Source of the DNA: an uncultured Phycisphaerales bacterium | Lineage (GTDB): Bacteria; Planctomycetota; Phycisphaerae; Tepidisphaerales; Tepidisphaeraceae | Assembly (NCBI GenBank): GCA_963758525.1 | Contig: CAVWVQ010000003.1 | Coordinates: forward strand, 416,001 to 480,000 | DNA length: 64,000 bases | Direction of reading: 5' to 3' | Shown here: piece by piece, positions 19,968 to 31,709 of the stretch | How positions within the stretch are numbered: the first letter of the stretch is position 1 | How the letters are laid out: each line of letters starts with the position of its first letter | Made by a program: the position numbers and the translations under genes | The notes under the pieces: model-generated | Seen by the model: the letters and a program-made list of their open reading frames with translations, nothing else | What the model was told of the DNA's origin: nothing | Database searches by the model: none

Positions 19968-20198
19968 ATGTCGACTGGCCCGGTTAAATGGTTTGATTCC
20001 AAAAAAGGGTTTGGCTTTATCGTCGGCCCGGAGGGCCAGGACGTATTCGTTCATTTCAGCAGCATCGAAGGCGATGGCTTTCGCTCGCTGCGTGACGGAG
20101 AGATGGTCGAGTACGAGCTGCTCCAGGGTGAAAAGGGGTTTTCTGCGCAGCACGTGAAAAGAGTCGTCGCGGCGGAAAATGAGTCGAAGGTGGGTTGA
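19968..20198 (+). CDS. Cold-shock domain protein
   Basis: [13 protein letters not shown] (RNP1) and DVFVHFS (RNP2). Confidence 0.96.
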   Translation: MSTGPVKWFDSKKGFGFIVGPEGQDVFVHFSSIEGDGFRSLRDGEMVEYELLQGEKGFSAQHVKRVVAAENESKVG

Positions 20199-20254
20199 GA
20201 GCGGGATTTCGCGCGCTTTTTTACTTTTCCGTCACCCCCCTTTAGCCTGTTTCG

Positions 20255-21043
20255 ATGGAAAGCTTCGATTCGGGGTTGCTGGCCGGCTGGCTCAGCGCGC
20301 TGCTGCTGGGCGGTGTCGGCGCGGCGGTCGCGTATCGACGATTTGTCCGGCTGCAGCACCGGGCGCGGCAAGCCGAGCGTCTGGCCGAACTTGGCACGCT
20401 CACCAGCGGGCTCGCTCACGAAATCAAAAATCCATTATCTACCGTTCAATTGAATCTGCAGCTCCTCGGCGAGGATCTGCAGGCCGAGCATCCGGGCGCA
20501 TCGCGGCTGCACAGCCGGCTGCATACCGTCCAGAAAGAGACGCTGCGACTGCGGGAAATTCTCGATGATTTCATGCGCTACGCGGGCAAGCTGGAGATCG
20601 ACCCCAAGCCCGTGGAGGTGAATGGGATGCTCGAAGACCTGGTCGATTTTTTTACGCCGCAAGCGCAAGCGCAGCGCGTGCAGCTTCGGTTGCGGCGCGG
20701 GGACGCGGCGTTGGTGGTGCGACTTGACGAGAAGCTGATCAAACAGGCGATTTTGAACCTGATGATCAACGCCACGCAGGCGATGCCGCCGGAGGGAGGC
20801 GAGATCATTCTCTCCGCGCGGCGCGAGGACGAGTGGGCGGTGCTGGAAGTGTTGGACACCGGGCGAGGCATCGCGCCCGAGGCGGTGGCGAAGATCTTCG
20901 ACGCCTACTATTCGACCAAGAGCGGAGGGACGGGACTGGGGCTTGCGATCACCCGGCGCGTGGTGCAGGAACATCGCGGGAAGATTTCCGTCAGCAGCGA
21001 GCCGGGGAAGGGAACTGTGTTCTCCATCGCACTGCCGGTTTGA
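20255..21043 (+). CDS. Membrane-anchored sensor histidine kinase
   Basis: One TM segment, LAHEIKNPL, NLMINA, DTGRGI, GTGLGL. Confidence 0.93.
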   Translation: MESFDSGLLAGWLSALLLGGVGAAVAYRRFVRLQHRARQAERLAELGTLTSGLAHEIKNPLSTVQLNLQLLGEDLQAEHPGASRLHSRLHTVQKETLRLREILDDFMRYAGKLEIDPKPVEVNGMLEDLVDFFTPQAQAQRVQLRLRRGDAALVVRLDEKLIKQAILNLMINATQAMPPEGGEIILSARREDEWAVLEVLDTGRGIAPEAVAKIFDAYYSTKSGGTGLGLAITRRVVQEHRGKISVSSEPGKGTVFSIALPV

Positions 21044-21071
21044 ACGCCTTTCCGCTACGATCTGATTCGCG

Positions 21072-22442
21072 ATGGCAGAAAACGACATCAAAAAGGCCTC
21101 GGTGCTGGTGGTCGATGACGAGCGCGAACACGCGCAGGTTATGTGCGAGGCGCTGGAGCGCCAGGGGCACCGGTGCGATGTCACCTATAACCTGGCCGAG
21201 GCGCGCTCGAAGCTGGAGCGCAAGCCATACGACGTGGTGGTGACCGACCTGGTGATGGAGGGGAAGCGCGATGGATTGGAGCTATTGCGGCTGACCAAGC
21301 AGCGCGATCCGGCGCCGCCTGTTATTCTCGTCACCGCGCATGGAGACGTTCCGACCGCCGTGAGCGCGATGAACGAAGGCGCTTACAGCTTCATTGAAAA
21401 GCCGCTGGATCTGGAGCACTTTCGGCTGCAGGTGAACCGCGCGGCCGAGCGGAGTGCTCTGCTCAAACAAAACCAGATCCTCCAGGAGCAGATCGGCGAT
21501 CACGCGGGCTTCGAGGGAATCATCGGCACCAGCAGCGGAATGCAGAAAGTGGTGCAAACCGCCCGGCAGGTGGCGCCCAGTGACATTCCCGTGCTCATCA
21601 TGGGCGAAAGCGGCACCGGAAAAGAACTGGTGGCCAAGGCCATTCACAACAACAGCCGGCGGCGAAAGCATCGGCTGGTCGCGCTGAATTGCGCCGGGCT
21701 GAGCGAGAGCATCCTGGAGGACGAACTGTTTGGGCACGTGCGCGGGGCCTATACCGATGCGCGCGGCGAGCGCGAGGGGCGATTCGAGCATGCCGATCGC
21801 GGAACGCTTTTCATGGATGAGATCGGCGACATGCCCGGCGCCATGCAGGCGAAGCTGCTGCGCGTGCTGGAAAACGGGGAAGTGGTCCGCCTTGGATCCA
21901 ACGATCCGATCAAGGTGGACGTGCGCCTGATCAGCGCCACCAATCAACGGCTTGAGGAAATGGTTGCCGAGAAGCACTTCCGCGAAGACCTCTATTTCCG
22001 CATCAAGGGCATTGCCATCACCATCCCCCCGCTGCGCGAGCGGCGGCAGGATATCCCGCTGCTGCTGCATTACTTCCTGAAGCAATCGTGCGAACGCCAC
22101 GGCAAGGTCATCTCGGAACTCGATCCCGAGGCGCAGCAGGTGCTGATGAGCTACTCCTGGCCGGGCAATGTGCGCGAGCTGCGGAACGCGATCGAGCGGA
22201 TGGTGGTGCTCAGCTCGGGAACGACGATCCGGATGGACGCGCTGCCGCCGGAAATTCGCCCCGTCTCCGGCGAGGCGCTGGGCGGGATGAACAACCTCGT
22301 CGGCATCAGCATCGAGCAGGCGGAGAAGGAACTGATCCGCAACACGCTGAAGCTGGTCAACGGCAATCGCGAACAGGCGGCCAAAATCCTCGGGATCGGC
22401 GAGAGGACGCTTTATCGCAAGATCAAGGAATATGATTTGTAG
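21072..22442 (+). CDS. Sigma54-dependent response regulator (NtrC family)
   Basis: REC domain, GESGTGKE, ELFGH..GAYTDA, DEIG, WPGNVREL, Fis-type HTH. Confidence 0.96.
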   Translation: MAENDIKKASVLVVDDEREHAQVMCEALERQGHRCDVTYNLAEARSKLERKPYDVVVTDLVMEGKRDGLELLRLTKQRDPAPPVILVTAHGDVPTAVSAMNEGAYSFIEKPLDLEHFRLQVNRAAERSALLKQNQILQEQIGDHAGFEGIIGTSSGMQKVVQTARQVAPSDIPVLIMGESGTGKELVAKAIHNNSRRRKHRLVALNCAGLSESILEDELFGHVRGAYTDARGEREGRFEHADRGTLFMDEIGDMPGAMQAKLLRVLENGEVVRLGSNDPIKVDVRLISATNQRLEEMVAEKHFREDLYFRIKGIAITIPPLRERRQDIPLLLHYFLKQSCERHGKVISELDPEAQQVLMSYSWPGNVRELRNAIERMVVLSSGTTIRMDALPPEIRPVSGEALGGMNNLVGISIEQAEKELIRNTLKLVNGNREQAAKILGIGERTLYRKIKEYDL

Positions 22443-22453
22443 CCAGGTGCAGC

Positions 22454-22960
22454 ATGCTCCCCTCATTTCGAATCGGTCACGGTTATGACATTCACCGCCT
22501 GCAGGACGGCGGCAAGCTCGTGCTCGGAGGCGTGGTTGTGGCCGAGGGAATCAGCCCCGTGGCGCACAGCGATGGCGACGTCGTCGCGCACGCGGTCGTC
22601 GACGCCCTGTTGGGCGCGATGGGTCTTGGCGATATCGGGGAGCACTATCCAAACAGCGATCCGCAGTGGAAAGGCGTGTCGAGCCGGGTATTTCTCGCCC
22701 GCACCGTGGAGCAGATGACGGCGGCAGGGTTTCGCCCGCATCATCTGGACATCACGATCTTGGCCGAACGACCCAAGCTCAAGCCGTTCAAAAAGCAGAT
22801 GGCAAGCTGGCTTGCCGACGTGCTGGAAATGCCCGCCTCGCGCGTGAATGTCAAAGCCGGTACCAACGAAGGATGCGACGCCATCGGCCGGGGAGAAGCG
22901 ATCGCGGCACACGCCGTGGTGCTGGTCGAGCCGATGGAGAGCGTGCATCCGGCGATGTGA
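22454..22960 (+). CDS. ispF: 2-C-methyl-D-erythritol 2,4-cyclodiphosphate synthase
   Basis: GHGYDIH, HSDGDV, DALLGA..GDIG, VKAGTNE. Confidence 0.96.
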   Translation: MLPSFRIGHGYDIHRLQDGGKLVLGGVVVAEGISPVAHSDGDVVAHAVVDALLGAMGLGDIGEHYPNSDPQWKGVSSRVFLARTVEQMTAAGFRPHHLDITILAERPKLKPFKKQMASWLADVLEMPASRVNVKAGTNEGCDAIGRGEAIAAHAVVLVEPMESVHPAM

Positions 22961-23020
22961 GTGGAAAAAGAAGCGAGTCAGAAGAAAACTGGAGGACGTT
23001 TGTCCTGTGTTTCCGGTCGC

Positions 23021-23153
23021 TTCCGCGAAGGGCAAGCCACGGCGGCGCCGCTGGCAAGCTCGATACGGTCACGACTCCGCGGCTTCCGCTCCTTCTCACG
23101 TTTCACGTCTTCACGTTTCACCCGCTTTTGTCACCTTCCAATCGCCAATCACC
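23021..23153. repeat. ~130 bp dispersed repeat, copy 3 (inverted)
   Basis: TTCCGCGAAGGGCAAGCCACGG...TCCTTCTCACGTTTCACGTCTTCAC...CCAATCACC; end fragments also near 25021, 27750 and 31468. Confidence 0.85.
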
Positions 23154-23211
23154 CGAAGAGAAGAATCGTTGGGTGTAACTTTTATTTGTGGCGATTGCAG
23201 ATTTTGCGATC

Positions 23212-23279
23212 GTAGGGCGGGATTCATCCCGCCGTTTTCTCAGCCGGCCAACAAATCGGCGGGATGAATCCCGCCCTAC
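23212..23279. repeat. REP family A inverted doublet (REPIN-like)
   Basis: GTAGGGCGGGATTCATCCCGCC and its exact reverse complement 24 nt downstream. Confidence 0.92.
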
Positions 23280-23378
23280 TCGGAGCCGATCGCCACTTTC
23301 GAGCGCCACACCCGAATCGTTCTCTGCGCACGACCACCGATTCCCAACCAGCCCCGGCAGTCCTAAGATACCCTCCCT

Positions 23379-24881
23379 ATGGCCCTGCGAGTCTACAACA
23401 CGCTGACGAAACAGAAGGAACTGTTCGAACCCCTCGAGCCTGGCAAGGTGCGCATGTATTTGTGCGGGCCGACCGTCTACAAGTCGCCGCATATCGGGCA
23501 TATGGTCGGGCCGGTCATCTTTGACGCGATCAAGCGATATTTGCGGTTCAAGGGATTTGCCGTCCGATGGGTGATCAACATCACCGACGTCGACGACAAG
23601 CTGATCGCTCGCGCGATGGAGATGAAAACGACGATGCCAGCGCTGGCGGAGAAGTACACCCGGGAATATTTTGACTCGCTGCGGGCGTTTGGAATCGACA
23701 CGGTCGATCACTTCCCGCGCGCTTCGGAGCATATGCCGGAAATCATCGAAATGTGCTCGACCCTGATCGAAAAGGAGACTGCCTACGCCGCCGGCGGAAG
23801 CGTGTGGTTCGACGTGGCGAAGGATTCGGACTACGGGAAGCTTTCGCACCGGAGCATCGAGGAGCAGGAGGCGGGCACGCGTGATCTGGAAGGGTCGGGC
23901 AAACGGAGCCGCGCGGATTTTGCACTCTGGAAAGCCGCCAAACGGGGCGAGCCAAGTTGGGATTCGCCCTGGGGGCCGGGCCGGCCCGGCTGGCATATTG
24001 AGTGTTCGGCCATGAGCCGCAAGCATCTGGGCGTCACGCTCGACATCCACGGCGGCGGCATGGATCTGCTTTTTCCGCATCACGAAAATGAACTTGCCCA
24101 ATCGGAAAGCGCCAGCGGCCAGACGTTTGTCAAATACTGGCTGCACAACGGGCTCACCCGCGTCAACACCAAAAAAATCAGCGGGAGCGACGCGGCCACC
24201 GCCGAGGGCGCGGCCCTGCTGGCGACACTTGCCGTCCGGCACTTGCTGGAGCAGCACGGCCCCGATTTGCTGCGCTATCTCCTGCTCAGCACGCACTATC
24301 GACGACCGATTGAGTTCAGCGAGGAAGTGATCGCTGCCTGCAAGAAAGCGATCGGGGTATTCGAGCGCCTCAATGAGCGCATCGATCGCATTCCGTCCTC
24401 CCACGCCGCCGCGACCGACATCGACGGCGTCGCGGCGCTGCAGCTCACCGCGGCGCAAGGGGAGTTCGTCAAGGCGATGCAGAGTTTGAAGAACAAGTTT
24501 CTGGAGATGATGGACGACGACTTCAATACCGCCGGCGCGATCGCCGTATTGCATGAGTTGGCCGGCGAGATCAACGGATTCATCGAACGCCAGCAACTGG
24601 AGCGCACCCCCGAGCCGCAGTCGGTAACCATCACCGCCGCCGGCGCACAAACGCTTCGCCACCTCGGGCAACTGCTGGGGCTGTTCCGCGCGGATGCAAC
24701 CGCTTCCGCAAAAGACGCCGATCATCTGCCCGATCAGTTGATGCAGTTGATCATCCGCCTTCGCCAGGAAGCCCGCGCCGGCAAGAACTTCGCATTGGCC
24801 GACTCGATCCGAAAGGGCCTCACAGACATCGGCATCACGCTCGAAGACCGCGCCGGCGGCACGGACTGGCGCCGAGCGTAA
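23379..24881 (+). CDS. cysS: Cysteine--tRNA ligase
   Basis: CGPTVY, HIGH, NITDVDDK, DFALWK, GRPGWHIECSAM, FPHHENE, MDDDFNT. Confidence 0.97.
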   Translation: MALRVYNTLTKQKELFEPLEPGKVRMYLCGPTVYKSPHIGHMVGPVIFDAIKRYLRFKGFAVRWVINITDVDDKLIARAMEMKTTMPALAEKYTREYFDSLRAFGIDTVDHFPRASEHMPEIIEMCSTLIEKETAYAAGGSVWFDVAKDSDYGKLSHRSIEEQEAGTRDLEGSGKRSRADFALWKAAKRGEPSWDSPWGPGRPGWHIECSAMSRKHLGVTLDIHGGGMDLLFPHHENELAQSESASGQTFVKYWLHNGLTRVNTKKISGSDAATAEGAALLATLAVRHLLEQHGPDLLRYLLLSTHYRRPIEFSEEVIAACKKAIGVFERLNERIDRIPSSHAAATDIDGVAALQLTAAQGEFVKAMQSLKNKFLEMMDDDFNTAGAIAVLHELAGEINGFIERQQLERTPEPQSVTITAAGAQTLRHLGQLLGLFRADATASAKDADHLPDQLMQLIIRLRQEARAGKNFALADSIRKGLTDIGITLEDRAGGTDWRRA

Positions 24882-25045
24882 TCCGCGCCCAGCTGTCAGT
24901 AACGCGTATCCGGCTCTTCATGAACGATGCGTGTCAGCATTGTTCAAGGCCCGGCCGTGCTGAAGACCCCTTCTGCCACGCCCCAACTTCGCGCCGAGCC
25001 GGCAAGCCGAATCGCGCTCGCCATGGCTTGCCCTTCGCGGAAACA

Positions 25046-25336
25046 CTATTCATCCAGATGAACAAGTCCCGGCCCCACCCGCCACTGAACCCCTTCGTCG
25101 GTCACAACTGTGACAGATTTCCGATTGTGCCGGGTAATGACGCCGCGAACATGCTGGCCCGCGGCGGTGGTGAATCGAACCCGCTGACCCAGCCGAAATT
25201 TCATCATCTGCCCGTGACTTCGAATCTGCTGCATGAGCCGCAGCCGTTGAACGATGATATGGTTGAGCTGAACGAGTTCTTCCTCCGTCAGCATGTCCAG
25301 CACGGACAGAACTCTCGGCAGATTCGCTTCACTCAT
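25046..25336 (-). CDS. Small hypothetical protein (helix plus SH3/KOW-like beta barrel)
   Basis: 96 aa; FRLGQRVRF..GVITRHNRKSVTV..WRV pattern; GGAA-rich upstream sequence. Confidence 0.7.
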   Translation of the reverse strand: MSEANLPRVLSVLDMLTEEELVQLNHIIVQRLRLMQQIRSHGQMMKFRLGQRVRFTTAAGQHVRGVITRHNRKSVTVVTDEGVQWRVGPGLVHLDE

Positions 25337-25587
25337 TGCTCCAATATTCCTTCCCGATAGCGCACTGTCGAGAGGTGCATCTTGCGTACATGACTTCCGC
25401 GGAAGCGGATGCAACGCCGCCGCCGCGGAATCGGCGGGATAAATCCCGCCCGACCTCGGTGCACGACCGTCGCTGCGTCCTACCCCCTCTCCCGGTATCT
25501 CGGGAGAGGGTCGGGGTGAGGGTGATTTTGAACGCAGAAGATCTCTCGTTTGCAGGTAACGTACCGGCACGATGTAGAATGCCGCCC

Positions 25588-26730
25588 ATGTCGGAACGTT
25601 CGCAAGGCGAGCATTCAGAGCCGGCCGGATACGCGGGGGAGGTCGTGTACCTCTATGCGTTTGACCTGGCGTACGAGATGAATCGCAAGCCGGTGGAGCG
25701 GCTGCTGGGGCAGCCGACTGCGGAATATGTGATCGGGTCGTCGAAGCGGACGCCGAAGCAGCTTTTTTTTCATCGGCCGCTGAGCGTGCGACTGCCGTCG
25801 CTGGAGCGGCCGAGCCCGCAGGGAATTTTGCGGGTCGAGCGTGGGATCAAGGTGCTGCCGATCGGCGCGATCAGCATCACCGTGCGGATCCCGTTCCAGG
25901 TGGACCGTCTGACGGAACTCGTGCCGTTTCACGATCTGCAATTCGGCGGCGGCGTCTATTTGTATGACGAAGTGCGGGCACTGGCCGAGGAAGTTCGCCG
26001 GGAGCTGCGGCCGAATCTCGTTCGGCCGATCGATCAGCTTGGGGACGAGGAGGCTTACACGGTTTTCTGCCTGAACACGTCACCGCGCATTGGACACAGC
26101 TCCGCCGAAGAATGGTTCTTGAATCATCGCCGCGAGGTGGCGGCGCTGCTGACCGAAGAGCCCGACCCGCGGCGATTGGCCGAGCAGGAGGCGATTGAAT
26201 CGACGAGCCGATATCTCAGCTATTACGCGCAGGACCTGGTTGTCGTGGATTGGGATGCCGCCCTGCTGATCGACGAGCCGAAGTTCTTTGATGAAACGCT
26301 GTACGTCATGGAGCTGGCGAACCTCCAACTGGCGGAGCTGGAGGCGTATGACCGGATTCTCGACGACACCGTCGAGCGCTCGTACCGCGATATCTCCAAT
26401 CGGCGGCCCTTCGGCCGACGGACGGCGCGCGTGCAGCGGGGGCTCCGCGAAATCCGCATCGATCTCTCACGACTGAGTGACGAGCTTTCGAACATCACCA
26501 AATTTTTCGGCGACTGGCACCTCGCCCGCCTCTATCAGGCGCTATCGGCGCGATTCCATCTGAGCGACTGGCATAGGACGATCGACGAGAAACTGAAAAC
26601 AGTGGACGATCTCTACGAGCTGCTGCGCGGCGAGCAGAACAATCGGTGGATGCTGATTCTGGAAGGGTCGATGGCATTGCTGTTCATCATCGACGTCGTC
26701 ATTCTGATCATGGGGCTTCGGCATCCTTGA
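25588..26730 (+). CDS. Hypothetical protein, RMD1/DUF155-like with a C-terminal TM helix
   Basis: Long ORF with clear codon bias; LAELEAYD, LYQALSARFHL..W..IDEKL and LILE followed by a hydrophobic tail. Confidence 0.65.
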   Translation: MSERSQGEHSEPAGYAGEVVYLYAFDLAYEMNRKPVERLLGQPTAEYVIGSSKRTPKQLFFHRPLSVRLPSLERPSPQGILRVERGIKVLPIGAISITVRIPFQVDRLTELVPFHDLQFGGGVYLYDEVRALAEEVRRELRPNLVRPIDQLGDEEAYTVFCLNTSPRIGHSSAEEWFLNHRREVAALLTEEPDPRRLAEQEAIESTSRYLSYYAQDLVVVDWDAALLIDEPKFFDETLYVMELANLQLAELEAYDRILDDTVERSYRDISNRRPFGRRTARVQRGLREIRIDLSRLSDELSNITKFFGDWHLARLYQALSARFHLSDWHRTIDEKLKTVDDLYELLRGEQNNRWMLILEGSMALLFIIDVVILIMGLRHP

Positions 26731-26741
26731 GCGAAATATCC

Positions 26742-27236
26742 ATGCGCATTATCGGCATCGATCCTGGTTTGCGTATCACCGGATACGGCGTCATCGACTG
26801 GAAGCCGATGCATCCCGCGCTGATTGACGGCGGCGTCATTCGATTGACGCCGAAAACACCGCTGGCCGACCGACTCGTGGAACTGCATGGGGAGTTGGAT
26901 CAGCTTTTTGAGGAGCACAAGCCTGACGTGTGTGCCGTCGAGCAGTTGTACGCTCACTACTCACACCCCCGAACGGCGATTCTGATGGGACATGCGCGCG
27001 GGGTGATCCTGCTGGCGGCCAGGAGTCGCGGGATTCGCGTGGAGCACTTTCCCGCAAATCGCATCAAGCAGTCGGTCACGGGCCACGGCCACGCGAGCAA
27101 GCCGCAGATGCAGCGGGCGATTCAGACGCAATGGCGGCTGGCAACGCCGCCCGAGCCGCCGGACGTGGCGGATGCGCTGGCGGTCGCCCTCTGCTGCGGG
27201 ATGCATTTGCAGACCAGCGCTGGTAACGGCAAATAG
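26742..27236 (+). CDS. ruvC: Holliday junction resolvase
   Basis: IIGIDPG, AVEQLY, GHARGV, IKQSVTGHGHASK, DVADALAVA. Confidence 0.97.
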   Translation: MRIIGIDPGLRITGYGVIDWKPMHPALIDGGVIRLTPKTPLADRLVELHGELDQLFEEHKPDVCAVEQLYAHYSHPRTAILMGHARGVILLAARSRGIRVEHFPANRIKQSVTGHGHASKPQMQRAIQTQWRLATPPEPPDVADALAVALCCGMHLQTSAGNGK

Positions 27237-27930
27237 TCGATGGGAGCGACTGCACCTGGCGAGCGTGCATGGCTCGCAACGTATAGCGCAAAAAAAATCT
27301 AGCGCACCCATGTCGCTAGACCCGCCCCGCAAAAATTCAAATTTAAGAATCGTCTTCTAAAAAACCCCCGGGCGAACGTGTCGTCCGGCCGACCGCCGGC
27401 CGGACGACACTGCCCGTGGGAACCAACCGCGCTCCATGTCGCCGTCACCGTGACGGCGTTCGTTAAACCTTAGAACAAATGGGGTGCCAGAGGCGCCGCA
27501 GAGATCATTTCCGGGAAAGATCGCGTTTGCCGCTGAAAATTCGCGGTGTTCCCGCAAAATACTTGACGAGCCGCGGAAGATCGGGAAGAGCACTAGCGCA
27601 CTGATTCACCAATCGCCTCCGGTGCGCGCAGAGAGTGCGCAGCGCCGGCGCGAGACAGGAGATTGGAGGTGGTAGATGGGAGCTGAAATGGGCGGATACG
27701 AAAAGGAGACGAGATTGTCGCTGATGTGTCCAGTGGTTGTTTCTCGCTGCCGCGAAGGGCAAGCCACGGCGGCGCCGTTGGCGGATCGGCGCCAACGCCG
27801 TACGGGGCTTTCTTAGGATGTGTCCCGCTTCGAATCCGCCCCTCTGTCCCTGCGCGGCTCAGTTCATCGCGATTCGCAATCGCTGCCTTCGTTCTTCCCT
27901 TCGTGCCTCCGCGCCTTCGTGCCTTCCCCC

Positions 27931-28000
27931 CCCGTGCCTTCTCACCTGTGCCTTCTCACCCGTGCCTTCTCACCCGTGCCTTCCCGCCCGTGCCTTTTCC
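27931..28000. repeat. Five tandem 14-mers (CCCGTGCCTTCTCA)
   Basis: Units start at 27931, 27945, 27959, 27973 and 27987; the array overlaps the stop of the PTPS gene. Confidence 0.9.
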
Positions 28001-28791
28001 TCGCTGTACTCGCAAAACGTCTTGGGTGTTTCCCAGAGGGTCACGGAAGCCAGGGAGGCGCCGACGCTGGAGAGGGGAGCGTCGAGAAGGCGGTAGATGA
28101 CGCGGGCAATGTTCTCGACCGTCGGATTGTGCTCCTTGAACTCGGGAAGCTCGACGTTCAGATTGCGATGGTCGAACCGATCGATCACGGTCGACTGCAC
28201 CAGGCGCTCCAGCCGGGGAAGCTCGATCAGCTCGCCGCCGGCGTTGGGCTCGCCGACAAGCGTGACCTGCAGCTCGTAATTGTGCCCGTGGCCATGGGGA
28301 TTGTTGCACTTGCCGAAAAGACGAGTGTTTTCGCCGGCGCTGAGAGCGGCGTTATGAAGCCGATGGGTTGCGGAGAATTCGAACTTCTGACTCAGGCGGA
28401 TCATGGGAAACTCCCGAGCTAAAATGGAAAGAGACAGGAAAGGACTCAGCGCAAGCCGCAGCGAGGTAAGCGTTGTTCCGGGCCAGTCGTCGCGCAGCAG
28501 TGAGAAGAGATCGCGAAGCAGGCGGCCTCCCGCGTCGGTGGCGTCAGAGCGAATGCGCGATTCGACCAGCGGAATTGCCCGCTGGCGAATGGCGCAGTCG
28601 ATTTCCTTGATGTTTCTGAGGTATTGACTGTCCGGCTGCAACTCGCCTTGAAGAGTCACCTGCAGCGCAAAGTAATTCCCCAATCCGGTCAGCGATGGAT
28701 AACCCCCGAAACTGTTGGTCGGCTTGTGCTGAAGTTGGTCGTCGGGATGACGATTGACGGCAAACCGCACCTCCCGCGTCAGGCAAAACAT
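27970..28791 (-). CDS. 6-pyruvoyl-tetrahydropterin synthase/QueD family protein with two tandem T-fold domains
   Basis: C-terminal FSATHRL, GKCNNPHGHGHNY, DHRNLN, PTVENIA, WET; N-terminal half is a degenerate copy. Confidence 0.88.
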   Translation of the reverse strand: MFCLTREVRFAVNRHPDDQLQHKPTNSFGGYPSLTGLGNYFALQVTLQGELQPDSQYLRNIKEIDCAIRQRAIPLVESRIRSDATDAGGRLLRDLFSLLRDDWPGTTLTSLRLALSPFLSLSILAREFPMIRLSQKFEFSATHRLHNAALSAGENTRLFGKCNNPHGHGHNYELQVTLVGEPNAGGELIELPRLERLVQSTVIDRFDHRNLNVELPEFKEHNPTVENIARVIYRLLDAPLSSVGASLASVTLWETPKTFCEYSEEKARAGRHG

Positions 28792-28889
28792 GGATGCGAT
28801 TATAGGGCCGCCAGCATGGCAATGACGGCCGATTTACGAGATAATACAGGGTCTGCACATTCGGCGTGTTTTTCGCCCCTCGACCGTGA

Positions 28890-31463
<2,574 letters not shown>

Positions 31464-31538
31464 GGCTGGTGATTGGAACCCGCCACGGCGGGCAGGCTGT
31501 GGAACGTGACGGGATTGGGGTATCGAACTCTCTTTGGT

Positions 31539-31604
31539 GTAGGGCGGGATTTATCCCGCCGAGCGACTGCCGGCAAAGAAACGGCGGGATGAATCCCGCC
31601 CTAC
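31539..31604. repeat. REP family A inverted doublet
   Basis: GTAGGGCGGGATTTATCCCGCC ... GGCGGGATGAATCCCGCCCTAC, between convergent genes. Confidence 0.92.
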
Positions 31605-31709
31605 GCGATGAAAGGTACCCCGACTACGCTGATTCCTTCGCTCAGCGCTCTGCACGAGATCAATCTTCCTTTTCTAACGGCGCGAGCCGCGGCGCGGAAG
31701 CCTCGACTC

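Noticed and set aside
27240..27930. Replication origin near gyrB
   Set aside because: I found no TTATCCACA-type DnaA boxes, and dnaA/dnaN are not in the window.
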